Shown: positions 7,562 through 15,441 of the stretch, piece after piece
Position numbering within the stretch: position 1 is the first letter of the stretch
Layout: every line of letters begins with the position of its first letter
Program-made: the position numbers and the translations under genes
Notes under the pieces: generated by a model
Seen by the model: the letters and a program-made list of their open reading frames with translations, nothing else
What the model was told of the DNA's origin: nothing
Databases searched by the model: none
Source of the DNA: an uncultured Candidatus Saccharibacteria bacterium
Lineage (GTDB): Bacteria; Patescibacteriota; Minisyncoccia; Phycocordibacterales; Phycocordibacteraceae
DNA: 37,027 nt
Direction of reading: 5' to 3'
Assembly: GCA_964357805.1 (NCBI GenBank)
Contig: CAYHMS010000003.1
Coordinates: 1-37,027 of the forward strand

Positions 7562-8530
7562 TTAAGAGAGTATCACGGAGAGCGCACCGGCAAATATTTT
7601 GAGCGACACTTTGTCTTTTACCGATACCGGAAGCACTTCCCTGCCGGTCTCCCGAGCAAGGAGCTGTTTCTTCGTTTCGCACTCCAGCGCCGAGACGAGG
7701 TCCGTTTTAGACAGGACGACGAGCTCCTTCTTACTCGCTAGACCGTGTCCGAACGCCTCTAGTTCTCTCCTCACTTCCCCGTATGCCTTGAGGGGGTCGT
7801 CTTGGTCAGCCGAGACGAGATGCAGAAGGATTCCGGTGCGTTCAACATGCTTGAGGAATTTTATGCCGAGGCCCTTCCCAGCCGAAGCGCCTTCAATAAG
7901 GCCCGGTATGTCGGCGAGAATGCGCCCGTAGAAATCACCGAGATTCGGTTCCAGTGTCGTGAACGGATAATCGCCGACTTTTGACTTGGCCCGTGTTAGA
8001 GCGTTCAGGAGGGAGGACTTGCCCGCGTTCGGCAAGCCGATAAGCCCGGCGTCCGCAATGAGCTTGAGCGTGAGTTCGAGCTCCCCACCCTTCCCCTCTT
8101 TGCCCTGCGTTTGCTGGAAGGGATTCTGGTTCGTCGAACTCTTAAAACGAGCATTGCCTAATCCGCCTTTACCGCCGCGGAATAAGACGATGTGTTCATC
8201 CTCCTTCGTGAGCTCATACTCTTCTCCGGTTTCGACAACGCGCACAAACGTGCCGATGGGCACTTCTAAAATAACCGGGGCACCATTCTTGCCGTGTTTC
8301 AATTCACTTTTCCCCGCCTCGCCGTTCTCCGCATGAAATTTTTTCTCATAGCGATAGTGGGCGAGCGCAGCCAAGTCCCGGACGCCGACCAGAATGACAT
8401 CGCCGCCTCTGCCGCCGTCGCCGCCGGAGGGCCCGCCGCGCGCGGACTCCTTGGTGCGCAGCCAGCGGATGACGCCGTCGCCGCCCTTCCCCGACTTCGC
8501 ATGTATACTCGCCTCATCAACAAATGCCAT
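7562..8530 (-). CDS. obg: Obg/CgtA-family GTPase
   Basis: MAFVDEASIHAKSGKGGDGVIRWLRTKESARGGPSGGDGGRGGDV (glycine-rich Obg fold). G-domain motifs GLPNAGKSSLL and DIPGLIEGAS. Confidence 0.95.
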   Translation of the reverse strand: MAFVDEASIHAKSGKGGDGVIRWLRTKESARGGPSGGDGGRGGDVILVGVRDLAALAHYRYEKKFHAENGEAGKSELKHGKNGAPVILEVPIGTFVRVVETGEEYELTKEDEHIVLFRGGKGGLGNARFKSSTNQNPFQQTQGKEGKGGELELTLKLIADAGLIGLPNAGKSSLLNALTRAKSKVGDYPFTTLEPNLGDFYGRILADIPGLIEGASAGKGLGIKFLKHVERTGILLHLVSADQDDPLKAYGEVRRELEAFGHGLASKKELVVLSKTDLVSALECETKKQLLARETGREVLPVSVKDKVSLKIFAGALSVILS

Positions 8531-8672
8531 ACCACCACCCTAGCACAGGTGGAAATCCGAAGCACGAAGCACGAAATTCGAAATAAATTAAAAATAAGAG
8601 GATGGCTGCGCGGTACGAAGTTGGAAGATTAGAGTTCAACTTTCCGCATGGTAGAACTCAATGTATTGATTG

Positions 8673-8695
8673 TGATGGACACGTCGTGTCCATCA
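8673..8695. repeat. 23-bp perfect palindrome (left hairpin of the element)
   Basis: tgatggacacg-t-cgtgtccatca. It ends 2 nt from the transposase stop codon. Confidence 0.9.
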
Positions 8696-8696
8696 A

Positions 8697-9392
8697 TTAA
8701 TCAAACTCTGATTCAAGTTGCTCGAGTCGGTATAACATCGACTCTCGTGCGAATTTTTTGAAAGATTCTGGCGTTTCGAACAACTCTCCGAGCAAATCCT
8801 TTGTGATGATTGGCGACACTTGAGTACCTGCGTATGCTCCTAAACTACTGAATGGATCGCCTGCTATTCGTTCATACGCGTCGTCAAAGTTCTCAATCGC
8901 ACGTTGCACCCCGCCCGGGTAGAGCTCGAAAGGATTTTTTACCATTATGTATATTGCGAGGTTACGAAAATCAGTGTCCTCTTCAACTAAACGTGATTTA
9001 AATGGTCTCTGGAACAAAGAGCCATTTTCTCCATATTTCTCATTGATGAATTTAGAATAGGCCATACTCACGCGATGCATAAACCTGCTCGTACCGCCCT
9101 CGACAATCTCCTTAATCATAAGGTGCAGATGGTTTGGCATAATGCTGAAGGCAAGAATTGAAACAATTGGTTGTCGCTCTCCCCACGCATCAGGCCACTG
9201 AAAGTGCGCTAGATGCCCTGACATTTCAAGTTCACGTTTCCAATTGTCCGGCATTCGGTCGTTATGATTGAAATAATAAAAATTAAGAAGCAGTCGTCGC
9301 AAATCTCCTTTTTGCCGAAAGATAGGCAATTTCTTCACGCCACGAGTATATACATGGGCATATGAGTCGATACCGATAGGTTCACGAGCCAT
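8697..9392 (-). CDS. HUH/Y1 tyrosine transposase (IS200-like / REP-associated RayT-like)
   Basis: HUH motif in SIMPNHLHLMIKE and a catalytic-Tyr region in LAIYIMVKNPFE. I prefer the ATG at 9392 (MAREPIGIDSYAHVYTRG), because the longer track ORF (to 9431) would translate through the right hairpin. Confidence 0.75.
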   Translation of the reverse strand: MAREPIGIDSYAHVYTRGVKKLPIFRQKGDLRRLLLNFYYFNHNDRMPDNWKRELEMSGHLAHFQWPDAWGERQPIVSILAFSIMPNHLHLMIKEIVEGGTSRFMHRVSMAYSKFINEKYGENGSLFQRPFKSRLVEEDTDFRNLAIYIMVKNPFELYPGGVQRAIENFDDAYERIAGDPFSSLGAYAGTQVSPIITKDLLGELFETPESFKKFARESMLYRLEQLESEFD

Positions 9393-9415
9393 TATCAATT
9401 CAGAATAAATTGACC

Positions 9416-9454
9416 GACACGACGTGTCCATCAGAAGCGTGTGGACAACGCTTC
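9416..9454. repeat. Right-end hairpins of the element
   Basis: 13-bp palindrome gacacg-a-cgtgtc (9416-9428) followed by ccatca. A second hairpin follows: gaagcgt, a 7-nt loop, acgcttc (9434-9454). Confidence 0.85.
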
Positions 9455-9465
9455 AAATTTCGTGC

Positions 9466-11973
9466 TTATTGTTCTACGATCTCCCACCCTTCGGCGAGGA
9501 ACGGTTCGGCTTTTTTAAATTTGAGGGTTTTTGTCTCGTTGCCCTTCTTGATGGTGACAAAATCGTTGCGGCCGTGTCCGGCGGGCTTCACGAGCGGCGC
9601 TTGAACGCCTCCTTCTTCCTTCCCTGCAGCGATGAGCGCGGCGCGCGTCCTCTCTTCTTCAGCGCGAATACGCGCAGCATCGGCAGATTGGATACGCGGC
9701 AACGCTTCTGCCACTGCCGCTCTAATATTCTCTTCAAGCTGCCGAAAGCGCTGGAGCCCCTCGCGCCGGTACTCAATAAGGGGGTCTCGCTGACCGTATG
9801 CGCGAAGCGATACCGAGCGGCGCAGATAATCCATAGTCTCAAGATGCTCAAGCCAGAACGTATCAATAACCTGCAAGAGCAGACGACGGAGATGTTCTAC
9901 AAAGGTCGTACCGAGCTCACTCTTCTTCGCTTCGAGCGCTTCGGAGGAGCCTATGAGCGCACGAATGAGTTCTTCCATTTCTGCATCGCTCCCCAAAAGC
10001 GCGGCACGGCGGCGCGCATAGATGGCGAGACGCTGCGTATTCATCACATCGTCGTAGGCGAGTACTTGTTTGCGCGAGTCAAAGTTGAATCCTTCAATGC
10101 GGCCCTGGGCGGTCTCAAGCGAGCGCGTTATCATCGCACTTTCAATTGGCTCGTCTTCGGGGATGCCGAAACGTCCCATCACCTTCTTCAGAGTTTCAGA
10201 AGCAAAGACACGCATCAGCTTGTCTTCCAGCGAGACATAGAAGCGCGTCTCACCGGGGTCGCCCTGGCGGCCCGAACGGCCGCGCAGCTGGTTGTCGATG
10301 CGGCGCGCGTCGTGCCGCTCCGTGCCGACGACCATAAGACCGCCATTCGCGATGACTGCAGAGCGCATCTCCGGAGTCGCGAGCGCGCCGCCGAGCTTGA
10401 TGTCAACACCGCGACCTGCGAGATTTGTCGCGACCGTCACGCGCCCCGCCGAACCGGCGTTCGCGATAATCTCGCCTTCGCGTTCGTGATTCTTCGCATT
10501 CAATACTTCGTGCGGCACGCCTTCGCCCGATAGATACTCGCTGACCGTTTCGTTGTCTTCAATAGAGACCGTTCCCACAAGAACCGGTTGTCCCTTTATA
10601 TGACGCTCTTTCACCGCGCGGGCGACCGCGCGGTACTTCCCCGCACTCGTCTGGAAGATGAGGTCGTCATAATCCTTGCGCGCCGTCGGCCTATTGGTCG
10701 GCACTGCCACGACCTCAAGTCCGTAGACGGTGTAGAACTCCTCCTCGGAGGAGAGCGCGGTGCCCGTCATACCGGCGAGCCGCTTGTACATACGAAAGAG
10801 ATTTTGAAAGGTCACCGTCGCATAGGTGCGCGTCTCCGCCTGGACTTTCACGCCCTCCTTTGCCTCAACGGCCTGATGCAATCCTTCCGACCAGCGACGT
10901 CCGGGCTGAAGCCTTCCCGTGAATTCGTCCACAATAATGACTTCATTGTCTTTCACTACGTACTCTTTATCCTTCTGGAAGAGCGCCTTCGCGCGCACCG
11001 CCGTCTCAAGATGATGCGCGTACTTCACACCGCCCTCGGTATAGAGATTTTCAAGACCGAGCGCCGTTTCGGCCTTCTTCATGCCCTCTTCAGTGAGCTG
11101 GATGGCCTTCTGCTTTTCGTCAACAGTGTAATCCTCCCCTTCTTTCAGAGCGTTAACGATTCCGGCGAAACGCTCATAGAACATGTGCGAATCACCCGTG
11201 GGCCCGCTGATGATGAGCGGCGTGCGCGCTTCATCAATAAGGATGGAATCAACCTCGTCGATGATTGCGTAGTGATAGTGGCGCTGTACAATCTGTGATG
11301 CGTCGTAGGCGGTGTTGTCGCGCAGGTAGTCAAACCCGAGCTCGTTGTTGGTGACGTAGGTTATGTCCGCGGCATAGGCTTCTTTCTTTTCAACGGGACG
11401 CAGATAGTCATAGAACACTTTAAAAGAACCCTTGGCGTCGTGCTCGGCATCTTCTTCTTGCGAAACGTGCGACGAATCGTAACGATATGCGCCCGTACTG
11501 GTAACAACGCCGATGGTGAGCCCGCAATAGTCATAGACCTCTCCCATCCACGCGCCGTCGCGACGCGCGAGATAGTCATTCACCGTAACGACCTGCACCC
11601 CTTTGCCCGCGAGCGCGTGGAAGATTGCCGGAAGTGTTGCGACGAGCGTCTTCCCTTCGCCGGTACGCATCTCGGCAATCTTACCGCGAAGCAATGCAAG
11701 ACCGCCCAGTAGTTGCACATCAAAATGAGGTTGGCGGAGTGTGCGGCGAGCTGCCTCGCGCACGAGCGCAAAGACGAGCGGGAGGTCATTCTCGTTCGTC
11801 GCGCCCGCCGCCTCGGCGCGGGCGCGTATCTCCCCGAATCGCGCACATATCTCCTCGTCAGAAAGGCTTTTCAGCTCCTCTTGAAGCGCGTTCGCGGCCG
11901 TAACGACCGGCGCCGCGGCCTTCAAGAAGGCCGCGGATTGGTTCTTTGAGAAAAAATGGGAAAGCCCGAGCAT
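9466..11973 (-). CDS. secA: Preprotein translocase ATPase SecA
   Basis: The 849-aa track ORF carries SecA motifs (MRTGEGKTLVATLP, DEVDSILIDEARTPLIISG, TNLAGRGVDIKLGG). The start is probably ATG 11973 (MLGLSHFFSK) or 11979. The track's GTG start at 12015 lies inside a terminator hairpin. Confidence 0.95.
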   Translation of the reverse strand: MLGLSHFFSKNQSAAFLKAAAPVVTAANALQEELKSLSDEEICARFGEIRARAEAAGATNENDLPLVFALVREAARRTLRQPHFDVQLLGGLALLRGKIAEMRTGEGKTLVATLPAIFHALAGKGVQVVTVNDYLARRDGAWMGEVYDYCGLTIGVVTSTGAYRYDSSHVSQEEDAEHDAKGSFKVFYDYLRPVEKKEAYAADITYVTNNELGFDYLRDNTAYDASQIVQRHYHYAIIDEVDSILIDEARTPLIISGPTGDSHMFYERFAGIVNALKEGEDYTVDEKQKAIQLTEEGMKKAETALGLENLYTEGGVKYAHHLETAVRAKALFQKDKEYVVKDNEVIIVDEFTGRLQPGRRWSEGLHQAVEAKEGVKVQAETRTYATVTFQNLFRMYKRLAGMTGTALSSEEEFYTVYGLEVVAVPTNRPTARKDYDDLIFQTSAGKYRAVARAVKERHIKGQPVLVGTVSIEDNETVSEYLSGEGVPHEVLNAKNHEREGEIIANAGSAGRVTVATNLAGRGVDIKLGGALATPEMRSAVIANGGLMVVGTERHDARRIDNQLRGRSGRQGDPGETRFYVSLEDKLMRVFASETLKKVMGRFGIPEDEPIESAMITRSLETAQGRIEGFNFDSRKQVLAYDDVMNTQRLAIYARRRAALLGSDAEMEELIRALIGSSEALEAKKSELGTTFVEHLRRLLLQVIDTFWLEHLETMDYLRRSVSLRAYGQRDPLIEYRREGLQRFRQLEENIRAAVAEALPRIQSADAARIRAEEERTRAALIAAGKEEGGVQAPLVKPAGHGRNDFVTIKKGNETKTLKFKKAEPFLAEGWEIVEQ

Positions 11974-11987
11974 TGACATATAGTATA

Positions 11988-12028
11988 CCAAAAATAGAAA
12001 AATCCCTCCATTCACGAAGGGATTTTTC
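11988..12028 (-). terminator. Rho-independent terminator (minus strand)
   Basis: 11-bp perfect stem: gaaaaatccct (11997-12007) and agggatttttc (12018-12028), with a 10-nt loop. On the minus strand it is followed by TATTTTTG. Confidence 0.75.
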
Positions 12029-12039
12029 TTGGTACGAAA

Positions 12040-12096
12040 CTATGCGCGCTTCTTTGCTGCTTTGCGCTTCTTCGCGGCCTTACGCTTTTTTGCCAT
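12040..12096 (-). CDS. Candidate 18-aa polybasic micro-protein (MAKKRKAAKKRKAAKKRA)
   Basis: ATG at 12096 and TAG at 12042-12040. It lies between murB and secA and is followed within about 12 nt by the terminator. No clear Shine-Dalgarno sequence. Too short for the ORF track. Confidence 0.35.
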   Translation of the reverse strand: MAKKRKAAKKRKAAKKRA

Positions 12097-12234
12097 GGTG
12101 GTTGCGAATTATGGGTGAGGGTTGATATGTCGACCCGTCCGTCCTTCAACATTGTTCAGGACAAACGTTTCTACATGACAGTATGACGCGTTAAAAACTT
12201 TTTGTGTGAGAAAAAATTACGATGTGTGGATAAC

Positions 12235-13263
12235 TTATGAAAAAAAGATTTCACCGAATGTTTCCACCTCGCGTTCAATCGTGATGCCAGTCGCTCTCCG
12301 AACACGCTCGGTGACTTCGCGCGCAAGCGCGTCGACTTCTGCGGCGCGCGCGCCTGCGCGCGTGACAATAATGAGCGGTTGCTCTTCATACAGTCGCACG
12401 CGGCCTTTTGTAAATCCCTTGAGTGACAGAACATGGTCGAAGAGCCATGCGAGCGGAATTTTTACCGAACCATCCTCCTGCGAAAAGGTCGGAAGCCCCG
12501 GGAAACGCCTCTCGAGCGAATCTGCAAGCTCGCGCGAAATGATTGAATTCTTGAAAAACGAGCCGGCGGTGCCTTCTTCTGGCGCGTGAGGAAACTTTTT
12601 GGCGCGGATGGCGCGGATGGCGCGAGCGATGTCGGCCGGCGTCGAGAGCGGCTCTCCGGCGGCGTGCATACGGGCTACGTCGGCGTAGGCGATGTTTGGT
12701 ATCGCATTTTTTGCAAAACGCAACGCAACTTTCGTGATGATGAGTTCGCGATGTTTTTTAAAAAAACTTGTCCGATAGGCGAACGCGGCTTCGGCGCGAG
12801 TGATGCGTCGGCGCACACCAAGCGTACTATCGATACTATCGGCATACTCAAATACAGTAGAAAATTCCGCGCCGTAGGCGCCGATGTTCTGCACCGCCGC
12901 GCCGCCAATCGTGCCCGGAATACCCGCGAGGTTTTCGATACCGAAGATGCCGCGTCTCCCCACTTCGTCAACAACGTCGTCCCAGAGCGCGCCTGCCCCC
13001 GCGATGAGCACTATGCTTCCGTCGGCATTATGATATACACTATCGCGCATCGCGATTTTCAACACTACACCTTCGATACCTGTATCCGGCACAAGCACGT
13101 TGCTCCCTTTACCTAACGCGAACAAGGGGAGGTTCTGCGTCCGTGCGAGTGCTATCGCGTCTTCTATGTCTGCCTCGGTATGCGCTTCAACAAAAAAACG
13201 CGCCGTCCCACCCACGCCGAGCGTTGTGAGGGGCGCGAGCGGGACGTGTTCTTCCAGCTTCAT
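12235..13263 (-). CDS. murB: UDP-N-acetylenolpyruvoylglucosamine reductase
   Basis: MKLEEHVPLAPLTTLGVGGTARFF...GKGSNVLV...GAGALWDDVV. The ATG at 13263 overlaps the upstream TGA (ATGA). The track's longer N-terminus runs into the upstream gene. Confidence 0.9.
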   Translation of the reverse strand: MKLEEHVPLAPLTTLGVGGTARFFVEAHTEADIEDAIALARTQNLPLFALGKGSNVLVPDTGIEGVVLKIAMRDSVYHNADGSIVLIAGAGALWDDVVDEVGRRGIFGIENLAGIPGTIGGAAVQNIGAYGAEFSTVFEYADSIDSTLGVRRRITRAEAAFAYRTSFFKKHRELIITKVALRFAKNAIPNIAYADVARMHAAGEPLSTPADIARAIRAIRAKKFPHAPEEGTAGSFFKNSIISRELADSLERRFPGLPTFSQEDGSVKIPLAWLFDHVLSLKGFTKGRVRLYEEQPLIIVTRAGARAAEVDALAREVTERVRRATGITIEREVETFGEIFFS

Positions 13264-15425
13264 TGCCCTTCTATCTGTTTCAGAGCGTCCGCACCGGCAG
13301 AAGCCGCTTCTGGAAACTTCGCGATTGCGGCACGAATTGTTGCAGCGGCATTCACAGTATCGCCTGCCGCGTAGTAAGCTGCGGCGAGCGAGAACCATTT
13401 CTCAACACCCGCATCCGGCGCCGCCGCACGTACCTTCCATAACGCGATGAGCCGCGACCAGTTCTTCGCGCGATAATACGCGACCGCGAGAATGTCGCTA
13501 TCCACATTCGTGGTACCAAAGACGCTCTGCAACACCTTATCGGCCGTAGCTGTATCGCCAACGGCGAAGTTGCCAGCGGCGGCGTATATGGCGAGGTCGG
13601 TGAATTGCGGCCCGAGCTGGTACGCGGTATTGAAGTTCGTTTGAGCCGCCTTGATATTTCCCATATCCCATTCGACCGAGCCGGCCTCGATCCAGAAACT
13701 TTCTTTTTTCGGCGACAAGACGATGGCGGCTTGAATTTCTTTCAGTACATTCGCACCATCGCCAGCGGCGCGATACGCGTAGGAGAGTTGGAGGCGCGCG
13801 CGCGCATCAAGCGGATACGCGGCAACCTGCTTCTGCATCTCGCTCACTGCCAACGAGACCACTCTCTGTTTCTCTTCTTGTGTCGTCTGCGAACTTTGTG
13901 CAACAGACGCCGCAAACGAAACGAGTTGTTCACGAATCTCCTGTGCGGCAAAGGCCGGATGGCGAGCGAGGTCTTCAAAAGCGGCGATGTTCGCCTTGAT
14001 GCCGGCGGGAGACGGCGAAATCGCCTTAATAAGCTTGGTTGCTGCCTGCATGCCTGAAATATTGACGGACCAGACGAGTGCGAATACGGCAACAGCGGCT
14101 ATTGGGAGTGCGTACGTCACGCCGTCTGTAGCCGTGAGTTCAGGCATACGTTCGAATCGCTCGATGGGTCGCGCGACTTGTGAATCAATGAGCGCCAGTA
14201 TCGCAAAGAAGTATACGTACGAATAGAGATTGTCGAAGACGAAAATATTATGGATGGCGTATCCGACAAGCGCGGCGGTAAGCGCGATGCGTTCAGGCCG
14301 CGAAAGTTCAGAACTCTTCCACAAGAGCATAAAAGCCGAACCGAAAAGCGAAAGGTAGAGCAGGAATGCCGGCAGGCCCCCCGCGGAGAGCCAGTCAATG
14401 AATGCGTTGTGCGCCCGGTCAAACCATGGCTCTTGCGCATACAGCGATGGGTCATAATATTTGTTGAAAACATAATTGAAACCTTCCTGCCCCCAACCGG
14501 TAAGCGGACGCTCGAGGACTCCCTGAAATGCCATACGCCATATAGTGAAGCGCGTCTGACCGTCGGAGAGCGATATGGAGGAAACGCTCTGAAGAACGCG
14601 ATTGTTCTGAACGAAGTTAGAATCGCGCGCAATATAAAAACTGCAGATGAGGACGAGTATGAGCACAAGCGCGCCCGCGGCTGCGCCGCGGGCGCGCTTG
14701 CTCGCGGTAATTAGTGTGAGAAATGCGGCAAGCGTTAGCGCGAGAACGAGCCCAATGACCGTCCCGCGCGTCTCGGTAAAGAAAATGAGCACCGCTTCCA
14801 GAGCGGCAAGCGCGATAAGAGACCACTTGAGCCACGAATATTTTTCGGTGAGTGCGAGCCAAAGCGCGATGAATACATTAAAAAGGAGGTAGATTGCAAG
14901 ATAGGCAGAATTGCCGAGCGAGGCATCAATGCGCACCGAGCCCTGATGAATCGCGTAGGTGCCATTGAGTTGCAAAAGCGCGTATGCAGAAACGGCGACA
15001 GAAACCCCAAGCGAGGTCAGAAACCACGCACGCCATTTCTTTTCTACCCGGAGCACTGCGCTCGCTGAAAAGAAGAATCCGAGGAGATGGACGAGGAGCA
15101 CCCAGCCCTCCATGCGCTCAAAATTGCTCCAAAAGGCCTTCGCCGCATTCGGCGCGAATGCGTCCGCGATGAACATCCAGACGACAAAGGCGAGTACTGC
15201 CATTCCGACCCAAGAAAAACGCGGGCGATATTCCCTATCAAGAAATGCGAGCACCGCCCATCCCGCAACCGCCACCTCGACCAATATACGGAAATAAAAC
15301 GCCTTGCCAGTGATGAAGGGGAAAAAGTAGGTATTGGCGACCAGAAGCGGCGCGAGCGGAATCAAAAAGAGCGCGCCAAGCGCCACCCACCGCGCAACCT
15401 GCTTTGCGGTACCGTTGTCCTGCAT
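13260..15425 (-). CDS. O-antigen ligase/Wzy_C-like polytopic membrane protein fused to C-terminal TPR repeats
   Basis: About 12 hydrophobic segments. Ligase-type motifs FFTETRGTVIGLVLAL and AHNAFIDWLSAGGLPAFLLYL. The C-terminal ~270 aa are Ala/Tyr-rich and TPR-like (AAAYYAAGD, LSYAYRAAGD). Confidence 0.75.
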   Translation of the reverse strand: MQDNGTAKQVARWVALGALFLIPLAPLLVANTYFFPFITGKAFYFRILVEVAVAGWAVLAFLDREYRPRFSWVGMAVLAFVVWMFIADAFAPNAAKAFWSNFERMEGWVLLVHLLGFFFSASAVLRVEKKWRAWFLTSLGVSVAVSAYALLQLNGTYAIHQGSVRIDASLGNSAYLAIYLLFNVFIALWLALTEKYSWLKWSLIALAALEAVLIFFTETRGTVIGLVLALTLAAFLTLITASKRARGAAAGALVLILVLICSFYIARDSNFVQNNRVLQSVSSISLSDGQTRFTIWRMAFQGVLERPLTGWGQEGFNYVFNKYYDPSLYAQEPWFDRAHNAFIDWLSAGGLPAFLLYLSLFGSAFMLLWKSSELSRPERIALTAALVGYAIHNIFVFDNLYSYVYFFAILALIDSQVARPIERFERMPELTATDGVTYALPIAAVAVFALVWSVNISGMQAATKLIKAISPSPAGIKANIAAFEDLARHPAFAAQEIREQLVSFAASVAQSSQTTQEEKQRVVSLAVSEMQKQVAAYPLDARARLQLSYAYRAAGDGANVLKEIQAAIVLSPKKESFWIEAGSVEWDMGNIKAAQTNFNTAYQLGPQFTDLAIYAAAGNFAVGDTATADKVLQSVFGTTNVDSDILAVAYYRAKNWSRLIALWKVRAAAPDAGVEKWFSLAAAYYAAGDTVNAAATIRAAIAKFPEAASAGADALKQIEGQ

Positions 15426-15441
15426 AGTGCGGATAACTATA

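Larger units (their letters stand above)
8567..9467. mobile_element. IS200/IS605-type or REP-associated (RayT-like) Y1-transposase element inserted between secA and obg
   Basis: A single HUH/Y1 transposase gene is flanked by near-identical hairpin motifs: gacacgTcgtgtccatca at 8678-8695 and gacacgAcgtgtccatca at 9416-9433. A 12-bp outer inverted match is also present: aagcacgaaatt at 8567-8578 and its reverse complement at 9456-9467. Confidence 0.6.

Noticed and set aside
9424-10533. 369-aa plus-strand ORF, with smaller ones up to 11949.
   Set aside because: They are antisense to a full-length, motif-perfect secA. Arg/Ala-rich translations with no domain signatures.
11974-12015. Long N-terminal extensions in track ORFs: secA to 12015, murB to 13398, the transposase to 9431, NeuB paralog 1 to 22377, pseC to 28621, the FemAB-like protein to 30908 and the GT-B-like protein to 32523.
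   Set aside because: The extensions overlap upstream genes or run through hairpins, often start at non-ATG codons, and add non-homologous sequence. Internal ATGs give canonical N-termini and tidy junctions.
4842-12233. Two perfect DnaA-box 9-mers (4842-4850 and 12225-12233) as evidence for oriC.
   Set aside because: There are only two boxes, 7 kb apart. There is no cluster, no adjacent dnaA or dnaN, and no AT-rich unwinding-element pattern that I can defend. I kept this only as a minor note within the intergenic-gap finding.
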